This document shows, piece by piece, positions 39,218-47,990 of a DNA stretch of 64,000 bases. Below the pieces are notes generated by a model, which worked only from the letters and a program-made list of their open reading frames with translations, ran no database searches and was not told the origin of the DNA. The DNA is from a virus (Duplodnaviria > Caudoviricetes), in IMG/VR virus record IMGVR_UViG_3300028603_000002, positions 1 through 64,000 of that record. One strand, given 5' to 3'. Each line of letters begins with the position of its first letter. Positions within the stretch are counted from its first letter, which is position 1. Both the position numbers and the translations under genes were made by a program.

Positions 39218-39616
39218 ATGAAGATTATATTTAATGAAAATCAACAACCGTATTCATATTTGAAGGATTATAATTTCAACTGTTGTGCAATAAAAGATTC
39301 TTCTTCCGGGGAGTTATCTTTTTATTCAGGCAAGTTAATTTTTGAATTCACATCTTCGGAAGAAACAATTGTTAATATTGTTAATGAACAGCTGAAAATT
39401 GGTGGAATAAATTTAGATACATTAATTAATTCCATCAATAATTCATTATTAGTAGGATCAGGCGAAGTAAAATTACAAGAGGGTAGTAAGTTAAGACTTG
39501 TTCAAATGGGAGATAAATTTTCTATTAGCAATTTTTTAACGATGTTAAATACTATCCTTAGTAATGCTATTCAAGATTTAGATATTGAAGTTACATCTAT
39601 AGAATTCAACGTGTAA
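39218..39616 (+). CDS. Hypothetical protein
   Basis: 132 aa; GAGGT SD-like site and TATAAATA at 39202-39209 upstream. Confidence 0.5.
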   Translation: MKIIFNENQQPYSYLKDYNFNCCAIKDSSSGELSFYSGKLIFEFTSSEETIVNIVNEQLKIGGINLDTLINSINNSLLVGSGEVKLQEGSKLRLVQMGDKFSISNFLTMLNTILSNAIQDLDIEVTSIEFNV

Positions 39617-39646
39617 TAATTATTGTTTAGATATAGGAGGGTGTAA

Positions 39647-40159
39647 ATGCACCAAAGTTCAAAGAATACTTCGCTACACAATATACGACTAGTTAAATTT
39701 TTTTTAGATAAAGCATATCCAAATGGATATACTGTCGAAAAATTAATTGAAGATAATTTAATTGACGGAATTTTATTAAGTGAATTAGCAGTATCTATTT
39801 GTAGTAATATTGATTTATGTGATGTTGGTGTTTACCAAGATTTAGTTGATGGGACAGATGTTAAGACTGCAACAGTAGTAAAATGTAAATTTATTTCTAA
39901 AAAGGGAATTACTGGATATCATTTTGCTGCTCGTATTCAACATATAAGAAATAAGATAGGAGCATTAAGATGTATAGTATACAACAAATATAGTTTAAGG
40001 TGGCATTATTTTTTTATTACAGAAGACGCATGCGGTAATAATGATAGTATTAAAATAACGTTTGATATAAAGACTCAGTTACCAAAGGGAAAATGGGCAA
40101 AATATGAAGTTGATAGTTTTGAAGATATATGTAAACAAATAAAAAAAGAGGGACAATAA
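39647..40159 (+). CDS. Hypothetical protein, possible PD-(D/E)xK nuclease
   Basis: AGGAGG SD site; SELAV...DLVDGTDVK could supply the E..D..DxK active site. Confidence 0.4.
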   Translation: MHQSSKNTSLHNIRLVKFFLDKAYPNGYTVEKLIEDNLIDGILLSELAVSICSNIDLCDVGVYQDLVDGTDVKTATVVKCKFISKKGITGYHFAARIQHIRNKIGALRCIVYNKYSLRWHYFFITEDACGNNDSIKITFDIKTQLPKGKWAKYEVDSFEDICKQIKKEGQ

Positions 40160-42018
40160 TGGATATTAGCCAGAAAATATTATCTGATATTGGTGTATAT
40201 AACAAATATGCAAAGTATTTGAAAGAATTGAAGAGGAGAGAAACATTTGAAGAAATTGTTTCTAGAAATATAGGAATGCACCAAAAAAAATATCCTGAAT
40301 TTAAGAAAGAAATATATAACGCATATAAAGGAGTATACGAGAAGAAGTATTTACCATCAATGAGAAGTTTTCAATTTGCTGGTAAGCCAATAGAAGTGAA
40401 CCCATCAAGAATGTATAATTGCGCTTATTTACCAATTGATGATTGGAGAGCATTTTCAGAAGTCATGTTCTTGCTTTTAGGCGGCTGTGGTGTGGGATAT
40501 TCTGTTCAAAAACATCATATAGAACAATTACCAGAAATAGCAAGACCTAATACTAAAAAGACTCGCCGATTTTTAATATCAGATAATATTGAAGGTTGGG
40601 CCGATGCTATAAAAATGCTGATGAAATCTTATTTTAAAGGTGGATCAACAATAAGATTTGATTTTAGCGATATTCGTCCTAAAGGTGCAGAATTAGTTAC
40701 AGCAGGAGGTAAAGCACCAGGACCACAACCACTAAAAGAATGTTTAGTTAAGATTGATGGTATACTAAATCAAAAAGAAAATGGCGAACAATTAACATCA
40801 TTAGAAATACATGATATTATTTGTCATATTGCAGATGCTGTATTAAGTGGTGGTATTAGGAGAGCTGCATTAATTTCATTATTTAGTGCTGATGATGGAG
40901 ATATGATATCTTGTAAAACAGGCAATTGGTGGGAATTGAATCCACAAAGAGGTAGGGCGAATAATAGTGCCGTTTTACTAAGACGCAAGATAGATAAGAA
41001 ATTTTTCATGAATTTGTGGGAAAGAATACAAGCAAGCAATGCAGGCGAACCCGGCATCTTTTTTAGCAATGATAAAGAATATGGGACGAATCCATGCTGT
41101 GAAGTGTCCCTGCGACCATATCAATTTTGTAATTTAGTTGAAATAAATACATCAACTATTGAATCGCAGGAAGATTTTAATGAGAGAGTAAAATGTGCAA
41201 CTATAATTGCAACATTACAAGCATCCTATACCGATTATCATTATCTACGCCCAGTATGGAGAAGAACCACGGAGAAAGATGCGCTAATCGGAATTGGACT
41301 AACAGGCATTGCGAGTAATAAATTAAAGGATATTGATTTAAAACAAGCAGTCCAAGTTGCAATTGAAACAAATAAAGAATGGGCAGAAAAATTAGGTACT
41401 AACCCAGCTGCAAGAATCACTACTGTTAAACCGTCGGGCACTACATCAATAGTATTGGGAACCAGTTCAGGAGTACACGCTTGGCATGATGAATATTATT
41501 TCAGAAGAATGCGAATAGGAAAAAATGAATCATTGTATAAATATTTAAAAGATAAAATGCCTGAGTTGGTAGAAGATGAATACTTTAAACCAGATTTAAT
41601 GTCAGTTATATCAATACCACAAAAAGCACCAGAAAATGCAATATTGAGAAATAAAGAAACTGCAATAGAATTATTAGAAAGAGTTAAATGGTTAAGTATA
41701 AACTGGATAAAACCAGGTCATATATCAGGAGCAAATACAAATAATGTGTCTGCTACTATTAATCTTAAAGAAGATGATTGGGATGAAGTAGGTGAATGGA
41801 TGTGGAATAATAGAGATTATTTTAATGGCTTATCAGTATTACCCTATGACGGAGGAACTTATATACAAGCTCCATTTGAAACAATTACAAAAGAGCAATA
41901 TGAAGAAGCGTATTCTTATTTATCACAAATTGATTTAAGTGAAGTTATTGAGGAGGAAGACAATACAACATTAAAAGAAGAATTAGCGTGTGTAGGTGAT
42001 GGTTGTGAGGTATTTTGA
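40159..42018 (+). CDS. nrdJ: Class II (adenosylcobalamin-dependent) ribonucleotide reductase
   Basis: LPSMRS, NCAY, GGCGVG, RRAALI, RANNS, TNPCCE, FCNL, TTVKPSGT, C-terminal LACVGDGCE; no beta-subunit gene nearby. Confidence 0.9.
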   Translation: MDISQKILSDIGVYNKYAKYLKELKRRETFEEIVSRNIGMHQKKYPEFKKEIYNAYKGVYEKKYLPSMRSFQFAGKPIEVNPSRMYNCAYLPIDDWRAFSEVMFLLLGGCGVGYSVQKHHIEQLPEIARPNTKKTRRFLISDNIEGWADAIKMLMKSYFKGGSTIRFDFSDIRPKGAELVTAGGKAPGPQPLKECLVKIDGILNQKENGEQLTSLEIHDIICHIADAVLSGGIRRAALISLFSADDGDMISCKTGNWWELNPQRGRANNSAVLLRRKIDKKFFMNLWERIQASNAGEPGIFFSNDKEYGTNPCCEVSLRPYQFCNLVEINTSTIESQEDFNERVKCATIIATLQASYTDYHYLRPVWRRTTEKDALIGIGLTGIASNKLKDIDLKQAVQVAIETNKEWAEKLGTNPAARITTVKPSGTTSIVLGTSSGVHAWHDEYYFRRMRIGKNESLYKYLKDKMPELVEDEYFKPDLMSVISIPQKAPENAILRNKETAIELLERVKWLSINWIKPGHISGANTNNVSATINLKEDDWDEVGEWMWNNRDYFNGLSVLPYDGGTYIQAPFETITKEQYEEAYSYLSQIDLSEVIEEEDNTTLKEELACVGDGCEVF

Positions 42019-42073
42019 TTTGGATATATGAAAAGTATTTTTTAATTTTATAGGGTTGAAAAATAAATAGAAA

Positions 42074-42313
42074 ATGAGGATAATTTTATTTACTTCTGAT
42101 AGTTGTAGTCCATGTAGAAGAGTAAATCAATATTTAAATTCAGGAGCATATAACGGTCCTCCCATTATAACAATGGATGCACGAAAATTCAGAGATATTG
42201 CAATTGAATATTCTATAACATCTATACCTACATTATTTGTAGATGATAATGGAGAAGAAAGAAAATTTCATGGGGCAGACATTATTATCGATCATTTAAA
42301 ATCATTGAAATGA
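42074..42313 (+). CDS. Thioredoxin/glutaredoxin-like protein
   Basis: CSPC motif and SIPTL cis-Pro loop; directly after the RNR. Confidence 0.85.
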   Translation: MRIILFTSDSCSPCRRVNQYLNSGAYNGPPIITMDARKFRDIAIEYSITSIPTLFVDDNGEERKFHGADIIIDHLKSLK

Positions 42314-42468
42314 CTGAATTTTTGAGACATTTCTTTGGATTGTGTGGTGAAGCACATCCAAATATATTAAATATATTCCTGTATTCAACACCAATTGTAT
42401 ATATAGGGATTAAAATAAAATCATACCTAACAAGTTTTAAACATCAAAATCATGATGAAGTTTCATAA
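42310..42468 (+). CDS. Small hypothetical protein (52 aa, MTEFLRHFFGLCGEAHP)
   Basis: ATGA overlap with thioredoxin; H..G.CGE.HP followed by a hydrophobic stretch. Confidence 0.5.
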   Translation: MTEFLRHFFGLCGEAHPNILNIFLYSTPIVYIGIKIKSYLTSFKHQNHDEVS

Positions 42469-43279
42469 GGATAAATTATTAATATCCGAAGATTTTTACA
42501 GCATCCAGGGCGAAGGGATAACAAGTGGCTATCCGTCTTATTTTATCCGTGTTGCAAATTGTAATTTGAATTGTGGCGCGACTCCATCCTTAGTAAATAA
42601 GTTTAAGAAGGGAGAAGAAACTGCTACACCTGGAAATTTTATTGGGGATCTACATAGCCAAGGAAAGGCCTCATGGACATGCGACACGATCCCTGTTTGG
42701 GCACGAGGAGAAAATCATGATTTTGATTATCTAATTAATAGGTGGAAAGAACAAGGAATATATGATGATATAGCAAGTGGTCTAATACACCTTATATGGA
42801 CTGGTGGAGAACCAACACTACCACCACACCAAACAAGCATATTTAATTTTTATAAACATTGGATTAAATTGGATCCTTCTATAAAACCATTTATTGAAAT
42901 TGAAACAAATGGTACATTAGAAATTGATAATTCATTATTTAGTTTATTGGATCAAATTAATTGCAGTCCTAAATTAGGTAATAGTGGAATGAGTCCATCA
43001 CAACGCATAGTTCCAAAAGCTATTGAATGTATAAAGGAACATTACAATTATCAATTTAAGTTTGTAATTAGTACTGAGGATGATATTTTTGAAATGTTTA
43101 ATACATTTATTGAACCATTTAGCATACCTTTAAAGAAAGTAGTTTGCATGCCTGGATTAGATGACCAAAATAATTTCCATGAACGAACTAGATTTGTTAT
43201 GGAAATGGCAAAAAAGTATAAGTTTATTGGATTAACTAGACTCCATGTTTCGGCATGGGATCGTACAACTGGCGTTTAA
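42452..43279 (+). CDS. queE: 7-carboxy-7-deazaguanine synthase (radical SAM)
   Basis: FYSIQGEG, FIR..CNLNC..(35 aa)..CDT, TGGEP, IETNGT, CSPK, KFV, RLH. Confidence 0.92.
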   Translation: MMKFHKDKLLISEDFYSIQGEGITSGYPSYFIRVANCNLNCGATPSLVNKFKKGEETATPGNFIGDLHSQGKASWTCDTIPVWARGENHDFDYLINRWKEQGIYDDIASGLIHLIWTGGEPTLPPHQTSIFNFYKHWIKLDPSIKPFIEIETNGTLEIDNSLFSLLDQINCSPKLGNSGMSPSQRIVPKAIECIKEHYNYQFKFVISTEDDIFEMFNTFIEPFSIPLKKVVCMPGLDDQNNFHERTRFVMEMAKKYKFIGLTRLHVSAWDRTTGV

Positions 43280-43500
43280 TGGTTATCTTATCATGGATTG
43301 CCACTATACTAATCCTCGCAGGTTGTATTGCAAATGCTAGAAAACATCATGTTTTGGCGGTAGTATTATGGACACTTGGTGATATATCATGGATAATTTT
43401 TGATATTTACATTGCTAATTATAGTCACATTGTATTAAGTTCAGCAATAATATTCATAAATTTATATGCTATAAAGAATTTGAAGAACGATACAAACTAG
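43279..43500 (+). CDS. Three-TM membrane protein A (PnuC/SemiSWEET half-transporter-like)
   Basis: ATG 43279 overlaps the queE TAA; three hydrophobic helices; paralogue of the next ORF. Confidence 0.55.
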   Translation: MVILSWIATILILAGCIANARKHHVLAVVLWTLGDISWIIFDIYIANYSHIVLSSAIIFINLYAIKNLKNDTN

Positions 43501-43506
43501 TATTTT

Positions 43507-43749
43507 ATGACTTTATCTACTTTAATGATAATATTTTCTTGGGCTGCAACTGCTCTTGTTTTAATTGCTTTTATAGTTAATGCCCGCAAATATCATAGAC
43601 TTGCAGTGTGGTTGTGGATAATTGGAGATATATTATGGATAATTTTTGATATTTACATTGCTAATTTTAGCCATTTGGTATTAAGTTCTGTAATAATTTT
43701 TATAAATTTATATGCAATATACAACTTAAAAAAAAATGGCCCGAGTTAA
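43507..43749 (+). CDS. Three-TM membrane protein B (paralogue of A)
   Basis: Shares SW.AT.L.L...NARK.H.LAV.LW..GDI.WIIFDIYIAN.SH.VLSS.IIFINLYAI with A. Confidence 0.55.
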   Translation: MTLSTLMIIFSWAATALVLIAFIVNARKYHRLAVWLWIIGDILWIIFDIYIANFSHLVLSSVIIFINLYAIYNLKKNGPS

Positions 43750-44206
43750 TGTCGGTATTGATCCCAAATATTTAGCAGACCAACACTTGATTGCAGAATC
43801 AGTGGAAATAATAATGATTACAGGTGGATTGAAGAAAAATAATTTTAAAATTAAAAGTGCGATACCTCCCTTCTTTAAAATGGGGAAAGGACATATAAAC
43901 TTTTTTAAAAATAAAATTGTTTATTTGAAGAGAAGGTTAGATGAAGTAAATAAAGAAATGGATAATAGAGGGTTTAAAAATAGTACTAATATTGATTTGG
44001 ATGAATATCCTGAAGATTTATTAAATGATTGGGAACCTTCTAAAATTGATTCAGAAATTATTAGAAGGCGAGTTGTTGAAAGATTAATTACTAGAATAAA
44101 GGGTAAACCTGGTTCTAAATTTTATAGATATAATCGAGTATTAATAGGAGATAAAATAGATATCTTCGCAAATGAATTAAATAATTCTAAGTTGTATTTC
44201 GTATGA
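43736..44206 (+). CDS. denV: Pyrimidine-dimer DNA glycosylase (T4 endonuclease V-like)
   Basis: MARVN...LADQHLIAE..EI, IP..FKMGKGHINFF.NK..YL.RR....EM..RGF. Confidence 0.85.
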   Translation: MARVNVGIDPKYLADQHLIAESVEIIMITGGLKKNNFKIKSAIPPFFKMGKGHINFFKNKIVYLKRRLDEVNKEMDNRGFKNSTNIDLDEYPEDLLNDWEPSKIDSEIIRRRVVERLITRIKGKPGSKFYRYNRVLIGDKIDIFANELNNSKLYFV

Positions 44207-44823
44207 TGTTAAAAACAGCAAATTCAAATATAATTCTTGATGATCAAGAACGCAATAAAATGATATTAGATGCGGCAGAAGCATATGGTAATTTTTTAGA
44301 TGCCTTAAAAATAGATTGGAGAAACGACCCTAATTCAGCAGACACTCCATTAAGAGTAGCTAAATCATATGTTAATGATTTAATTGCGGGTTGTTATACA
44401 AACCCACCAAAAATTACAAGATTTCCAAATGATCAACATTATAATGGTATAGTATTTTGCGGTGATATAGATGTAAAATCTTTGTGCAGTCATCATAACC
44501 TCCCATTTTTTGGTAAGGCTTATGTTGCATACATCCCAGATGAAAATGGAACAGTAATTGGTTTAAGTAAATTGAACCGAGTAGTAGAATGGTATGCAAG
44601 AAGACCACAAATACAAGAACAATTAACAACTCAAATACATGATCAATTGAATGATGTCATTTCGGATAATGCAGGTATTGCAGTCATGATTAAAGCAAAG
44701 CATATGTGTTCATGTTTACGGGGGGTGAAACATGACAGTTATATGGTTACTAGTAAATTGAGCGGGGCATTTTATAATGATGCATCTGCCAAAGGTGAAT
44801 TTTTTGAATTTATTAAATCTTAA
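44203..44823 (+). CDS. folE: GTP cyclohydrolase I
   Basis: DTPLRVAK, SLCSHHNLPFFG, GLSKLNR, RRPQIQEQLT, HMCSCLRGV. Confidence 0.96.
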   Translation: MMLKTANSNIILDDQERNKMILDAAEAYGNFLDALKIDWRNDPNSADTPLRVAKSYVNDLIAGCYTNPPKITRFPNDQHYNGIVFCGDIDVKSLCSHHNLPFFGKAYVAYIPDENGTVIGLSKLNRVVEWYARRPQIQEQLTTQIHDQLNDVISDNAGIAVMIKAKHMCSCLRGVKHDSYMVTSKLSGAFYNDASAKGEFFEFIKS

Positions 44824-44826
44824 ACA

Positions 44827-45489
44827 ATGAATAATAAATCAAATAAAATTTCTGTGATATTGTTTACAGGTGGGATGGATTCAACAGTTGTTGCACACCA
44901 ATCTAAAGAAAAGGGTAATGATGTTTATTGTTTAACATTGTCGCAGGGTGGTTTAAATTCAATTGAAGTTGAGAAATCAAAACAACTATGTAGCCATCTG
45001 GGGGTAAAAAGTATAATATATGATATGTCTTCATATTCAGACTTAGTTGATAAACAAGTCACTAATTCATGTGGGTATAGTGAGGGAAATGAAGATGATA
45101 TTGTTAATAATTTTATTCCTAATCGCAATGCAATATTTATACTTTTAGGACATTCTCTATGCCAGAATATAATGAGAAGGAAGTCTGTAGATAAGGGTGA
45201 GGTATTGTTAGGTATGTTAAGCAGCGACCCGGATTATCCTGATTCAAGGCTAGAATTTTTTCAGGGAATGACACGTGTATTAAATATGGGGTCTTTAGAA
45301 GGCACTATTGAAGTAGGTGTTCCTTTATGGGATTACTCAAAATATGAAGTCTATAAGTATTTAAAAGAAAATAAAATACCAATTGAAATGACGTGGAGTT
45401 GTAATGAAAATGAACCTATTCCATGTGGTAAATGTTATGGGTGTACACAAAGAAAAAGACTTAATAAACAATATAATATTCAAATATGA
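44827..45489 (+). CDS. queC: QueC-family ATPase, paralogue 1
   Basis: TGGMDS, FIPNRN, YPDSR, TWSC...CGKCYGC Zn site. Confidence 0.88.
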   Translation: MNNKSNKISVILFTGGMDSTVVAHQSKEKGNDVYCLTLSQGGLNSIEVEKSKQLCSHLGVKSIIYDMSSYSDLVDKQVTNSCGYSEGNEDDIVNNFIPNRNAIFILLGHSLCQNIMRRKSVDKGEVLLGMLSSDPDYPDSRLEFFQGMTRVLNMGSLEGTIEVGVPLWDYSKYEVYKYLKENKIPIEMTWSCNENEPIPCGKCYGCTQRKRLNKQYNIQI

Positions 45490-46148
45490 AAAAGTGCATT
45501 TTATTAGCTTCAGGTGGTTTAGATACTCAAATATCTATGGCAATGTTAAATGAAGATGGATATGACATACTACCTATCTATTTTGATTATGGGCAACAAA
45601 CATCAAAAAAAGAAATTCCTGCATTAAAAAAATATTCCAACAGCATATTAGGTAAAGACCCAGAAATAAGGAAATTGGATAATTATACGAGTGTATTGGA
45701 GAATATGTGGGCATTGTCTGGTGATGTTTCAGAGACATATAATGATAAAGAAAAAATATTCATCCCAGGTAGAAATATCATGTTTTTGTTATTTTCAGCT
45801 GTGATTGGATATTATGATAATCGTTATGAATTAGTATTATCATTGCATAAATCAGATACAATTTCTGGAGATTGTAAAATTGATTTTACAGAAGCATTTC
45901 AACATGCTTTAACATTAGGTATGAGCACACCCAAATATCCAGTAGAATATAAAATCATCGCCCCTTTAAAAGATATGGAGAAATGGGAGGCAATACAGGT
46001 TGGTGCTTCATTAGGTATTGATTTTTCTGAGTCGTGGAGTTGTGATGATAGCAAAGAAGAACATTGCGGAGTATGTCAACAATGTACTGAACGCAAAAAA
46101 ATGTTTAATAAAGCGAATATTACAGATCCTACAATTTATTTACAATGA
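45486..46148 (+). CDS. queC: QueC-family ATPase, paralogue 2 (divergent active-site loop)
   Basis: SGGLDT, FDYGQ, FIPGRN, SGDCK in place of YPDCR, SWSC...CGVCQQC. Confidence 0.85.
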   Translation: MKKCILLASGGLDTQISMAMLNEDGYDILPIYFDYGQQTSKKEIPALKKYSNSILGKDPEIRKLDNYTSVLENMWALSGDVSETYNDKEKIFIPGRNIMFLLFSAVIGYYDNRYELVLSLHKSDTISGDCKIDFTEAFQHALTLGMSTPKYPVEYKIIAPLKDMEKWEAIQVGASLGIDFSESWSCDDSKEEHCGVCQQCTERKKMFNKANITDPTIYLQ

Positions 46149-47113
46149 ATTTAAAGGATAAGTTAGATGAATTTACTTATTTAAATAAGACCGTTAAAAA
46201 TTCTGAAGTTTTTAAGTTGGGTGTTACTGAGTATAATTTATACGCAAAATTTGAATTTCAATTATTTGGTGGTAGTATTAAGGCCCGAGCTGCATATGAA
46301 ATATTGGAAGATGGTATTAATAGGGGTGTAATAAATGAAAATACAACTATAATAGAATCATCTTCTGGTAATTTTGCAATTGCAATGTCGATGTTTTGTA
46401 AAAAATTAGGTTTGAAATTTATTGCGGTTGTTGATATATTAACTAATCCTAATGCTATTAAATTTTTGAAGTTTTTTGCTCATGAGGTTGTTGTTATTAA
46501 CGAAAGAGATGATAGGGGAGGTTTTTTATTAAATCGACTTAAATATATCAAAGAGTATACATCAAACAATAAAAATATATATTGGACAAATCAATATGAA
46601 AATGAATGCAATTATCTTGCACATTACAAATATACCGCGGAAGAAATAATAGAACAAGTACCTAATTTAGATATCATATTCATTGGGGCAGGAACTTGCG
46701 GGACGTTATCAGGGGTATCAAGAAAATTAAAAGAATACAATCCTAAAATCAAGGTTGTTGCAGTTGATGTTGAGGGTTCTTCAATATTTGGGTTGATACC
46801 TAAAACTCGTTTTATCCCAGGTATGGCTTCAAGTATAAAACCACCTTTATTGAATAGAGCTTTGTATGATGAGATAATGATTATAAGCGAGGAAGAAATA
46901 ATTTATTCTTGTTATAGCTTACTTGAAAAACATATGATATTTGGTGGTGGGTCTTGTGGTGCAGTTTTTGCTGCAATTGAAAGATCATTTATATCATCGC
47001 GAATCCCATTAAATTCAAATGTATTATTTTTATGTCCTGACGGTGGTCGGTTTTATATTGATACTATTTATAACAAAGAGTGGGTAAAAGAAACATATAA
47101 TATAGAAATATGA
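46145..47113 (+). CDS. sbnA: SbnA-like PLP enzyme (2,3-diaminopropionate biosynthesis; cysteine synthase fold)
   Basis: YAK.E...GGSIKAR, ESSSGN, GGFLLNR, YWTNQY.N, GTCGT, GSSIFG..RFIPG, PDGGRFYIDTIYN.EW; paired with an SbnB-like gene. Confidence 0.85.
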   Translation: MNLKDKLDEFTYLNKTVKNSEVFKLGVTEYNLYAKFEFQLFGGSIKARAAYEILEDGINRGVINENTTIIESSSGNFAIAMSMFCKKLGLKFIAVVDILTNPNAIKFLKFFAHEVVVINERDDRGGFLLNRLKYIKEYTSNNKNIYWTNQYENECNYLAHYKYTAEEIIEQVPNLDIIFIGAGTCGTLSGVSRKLKEYNPKIKVVAVDVEGSSIFGLIPKTRFIPGMASSIKPPLLNRALYDEIMIISEEEIIYSCYSLLEKHMIFGGGSCGAVFAAIERSFISSRIPLNSNVLFLCPDGGRFYIDTIYNKEWVKETYNIEI

Positions 47114-47985
47114 AAGTTATTACAGAATTACCAGAATATAGTTGGAGTGAATTGATAGATATAATTGGAATGGTAGTTGCAGAAAATGATTTCTGTCAAC
47201 CGATTAAACCATATTTATCATTTCCAGATCCAAGCGCAAGAATTATTGCAATGCCTGCCGCAGTTGGTGGTTCGATAAGAAAAGCAGGTATAAAGTGGAT
47301 ATCTAGTTTCCCAGAAAATCATAATAAGGGATTACCACGAGCTCATTCCGTTTTAATTTTAAATGATTATGACACTGGTGTTCCATTGATTACATTTAAT
47401 ACAGCGGAATTAAGTGCTTTGCGTACCGCCGCTGTAACGGGTTATTTTTTACACCAGTATATGATGTTTAATGAAGATTTAAACTCCCTGGGTATTATTG
47501 GTTATGGTCCTATTGGGCAATGTCATGAAAGTATGATACAGACTATTTTTCCATTTGTGAAAATAATGATTTGTGATCAAAAACATATTACAAATTCAAA
47601 ATGGGAAACATATACAAACTATAAAAATATGATTGGGAATGTTGATGGTATTATTACATGTACTGCAGGATCTGATTCTAATCATTATATTGAAGAAATA
47701 ACTGATAATATAAAAGTATTTTTAAATATATCATTGAGAGATATGAAAATATCAAAATCAAATTTTGAGTATTTTGATAGGTGGGTAGTTGATTCGTGGG
47801 ATGAAGTTAATCGACATGGTACTGATTTTTCTTTATTTGAAAAGAATTACAAATTTAACAATGAACAATGGTCTACACTCTTTGACATGGATGAAACATT
47901 TTTGAAAGGTAAAATATGTTTTAATCCAATGGGTATGGCATGTTTTGACATTGCAATTGCATCATATTTTTTAAATAAATTATAG
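47110..47985 (+). CDS. sbnB: SbnB-like ornithine cyclodeaminase/mu-crystallin family enzyme
   Basis: QPIKPYL, RIIAMPA, GIKWISSFPEN...GLPRA..VLILND..TG.P, SALRTAA, GYGPIG (NAD-binding), ISLRD, FNPMGMA.FDIA. Confidence 0.85.
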   Translation: MKVITELPEYSWSELIDIIGMVVAENDFCQPIKPYLSFPDPSARIIAMPAAVGGSIRKAGIKWISSFPENHNKGLPRAHSVLILNDYDTGVPLITFNTAELSALRTAAVTGYFLHQYMMFNEDLNSLGIIGYGPIGQCHESMIQTIFPFVKIMICDQKHITNSKWETYTNYKNMIGNVDGIITCTAGSDSNHYIEEITDNIKVFLNISLRDMKISKSNFEYFDRWVVDSWDEVNRHGTDFSLFEKNYKFNNEQWSTLFDMDETFLKGKICFNPMGMACFDIAIASYFLNKL

Positions 47986-47990
47986 CAATA

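Noticed and set aside
46145-47113. Ordinary cysteine synthase (CysK/CysM) as a sulfur auxiliary gene
   Set aside because: The GGFLLNR, YWTNQY and RFIPG segments and the overlapping SbnB-like partner fit SbnA better.
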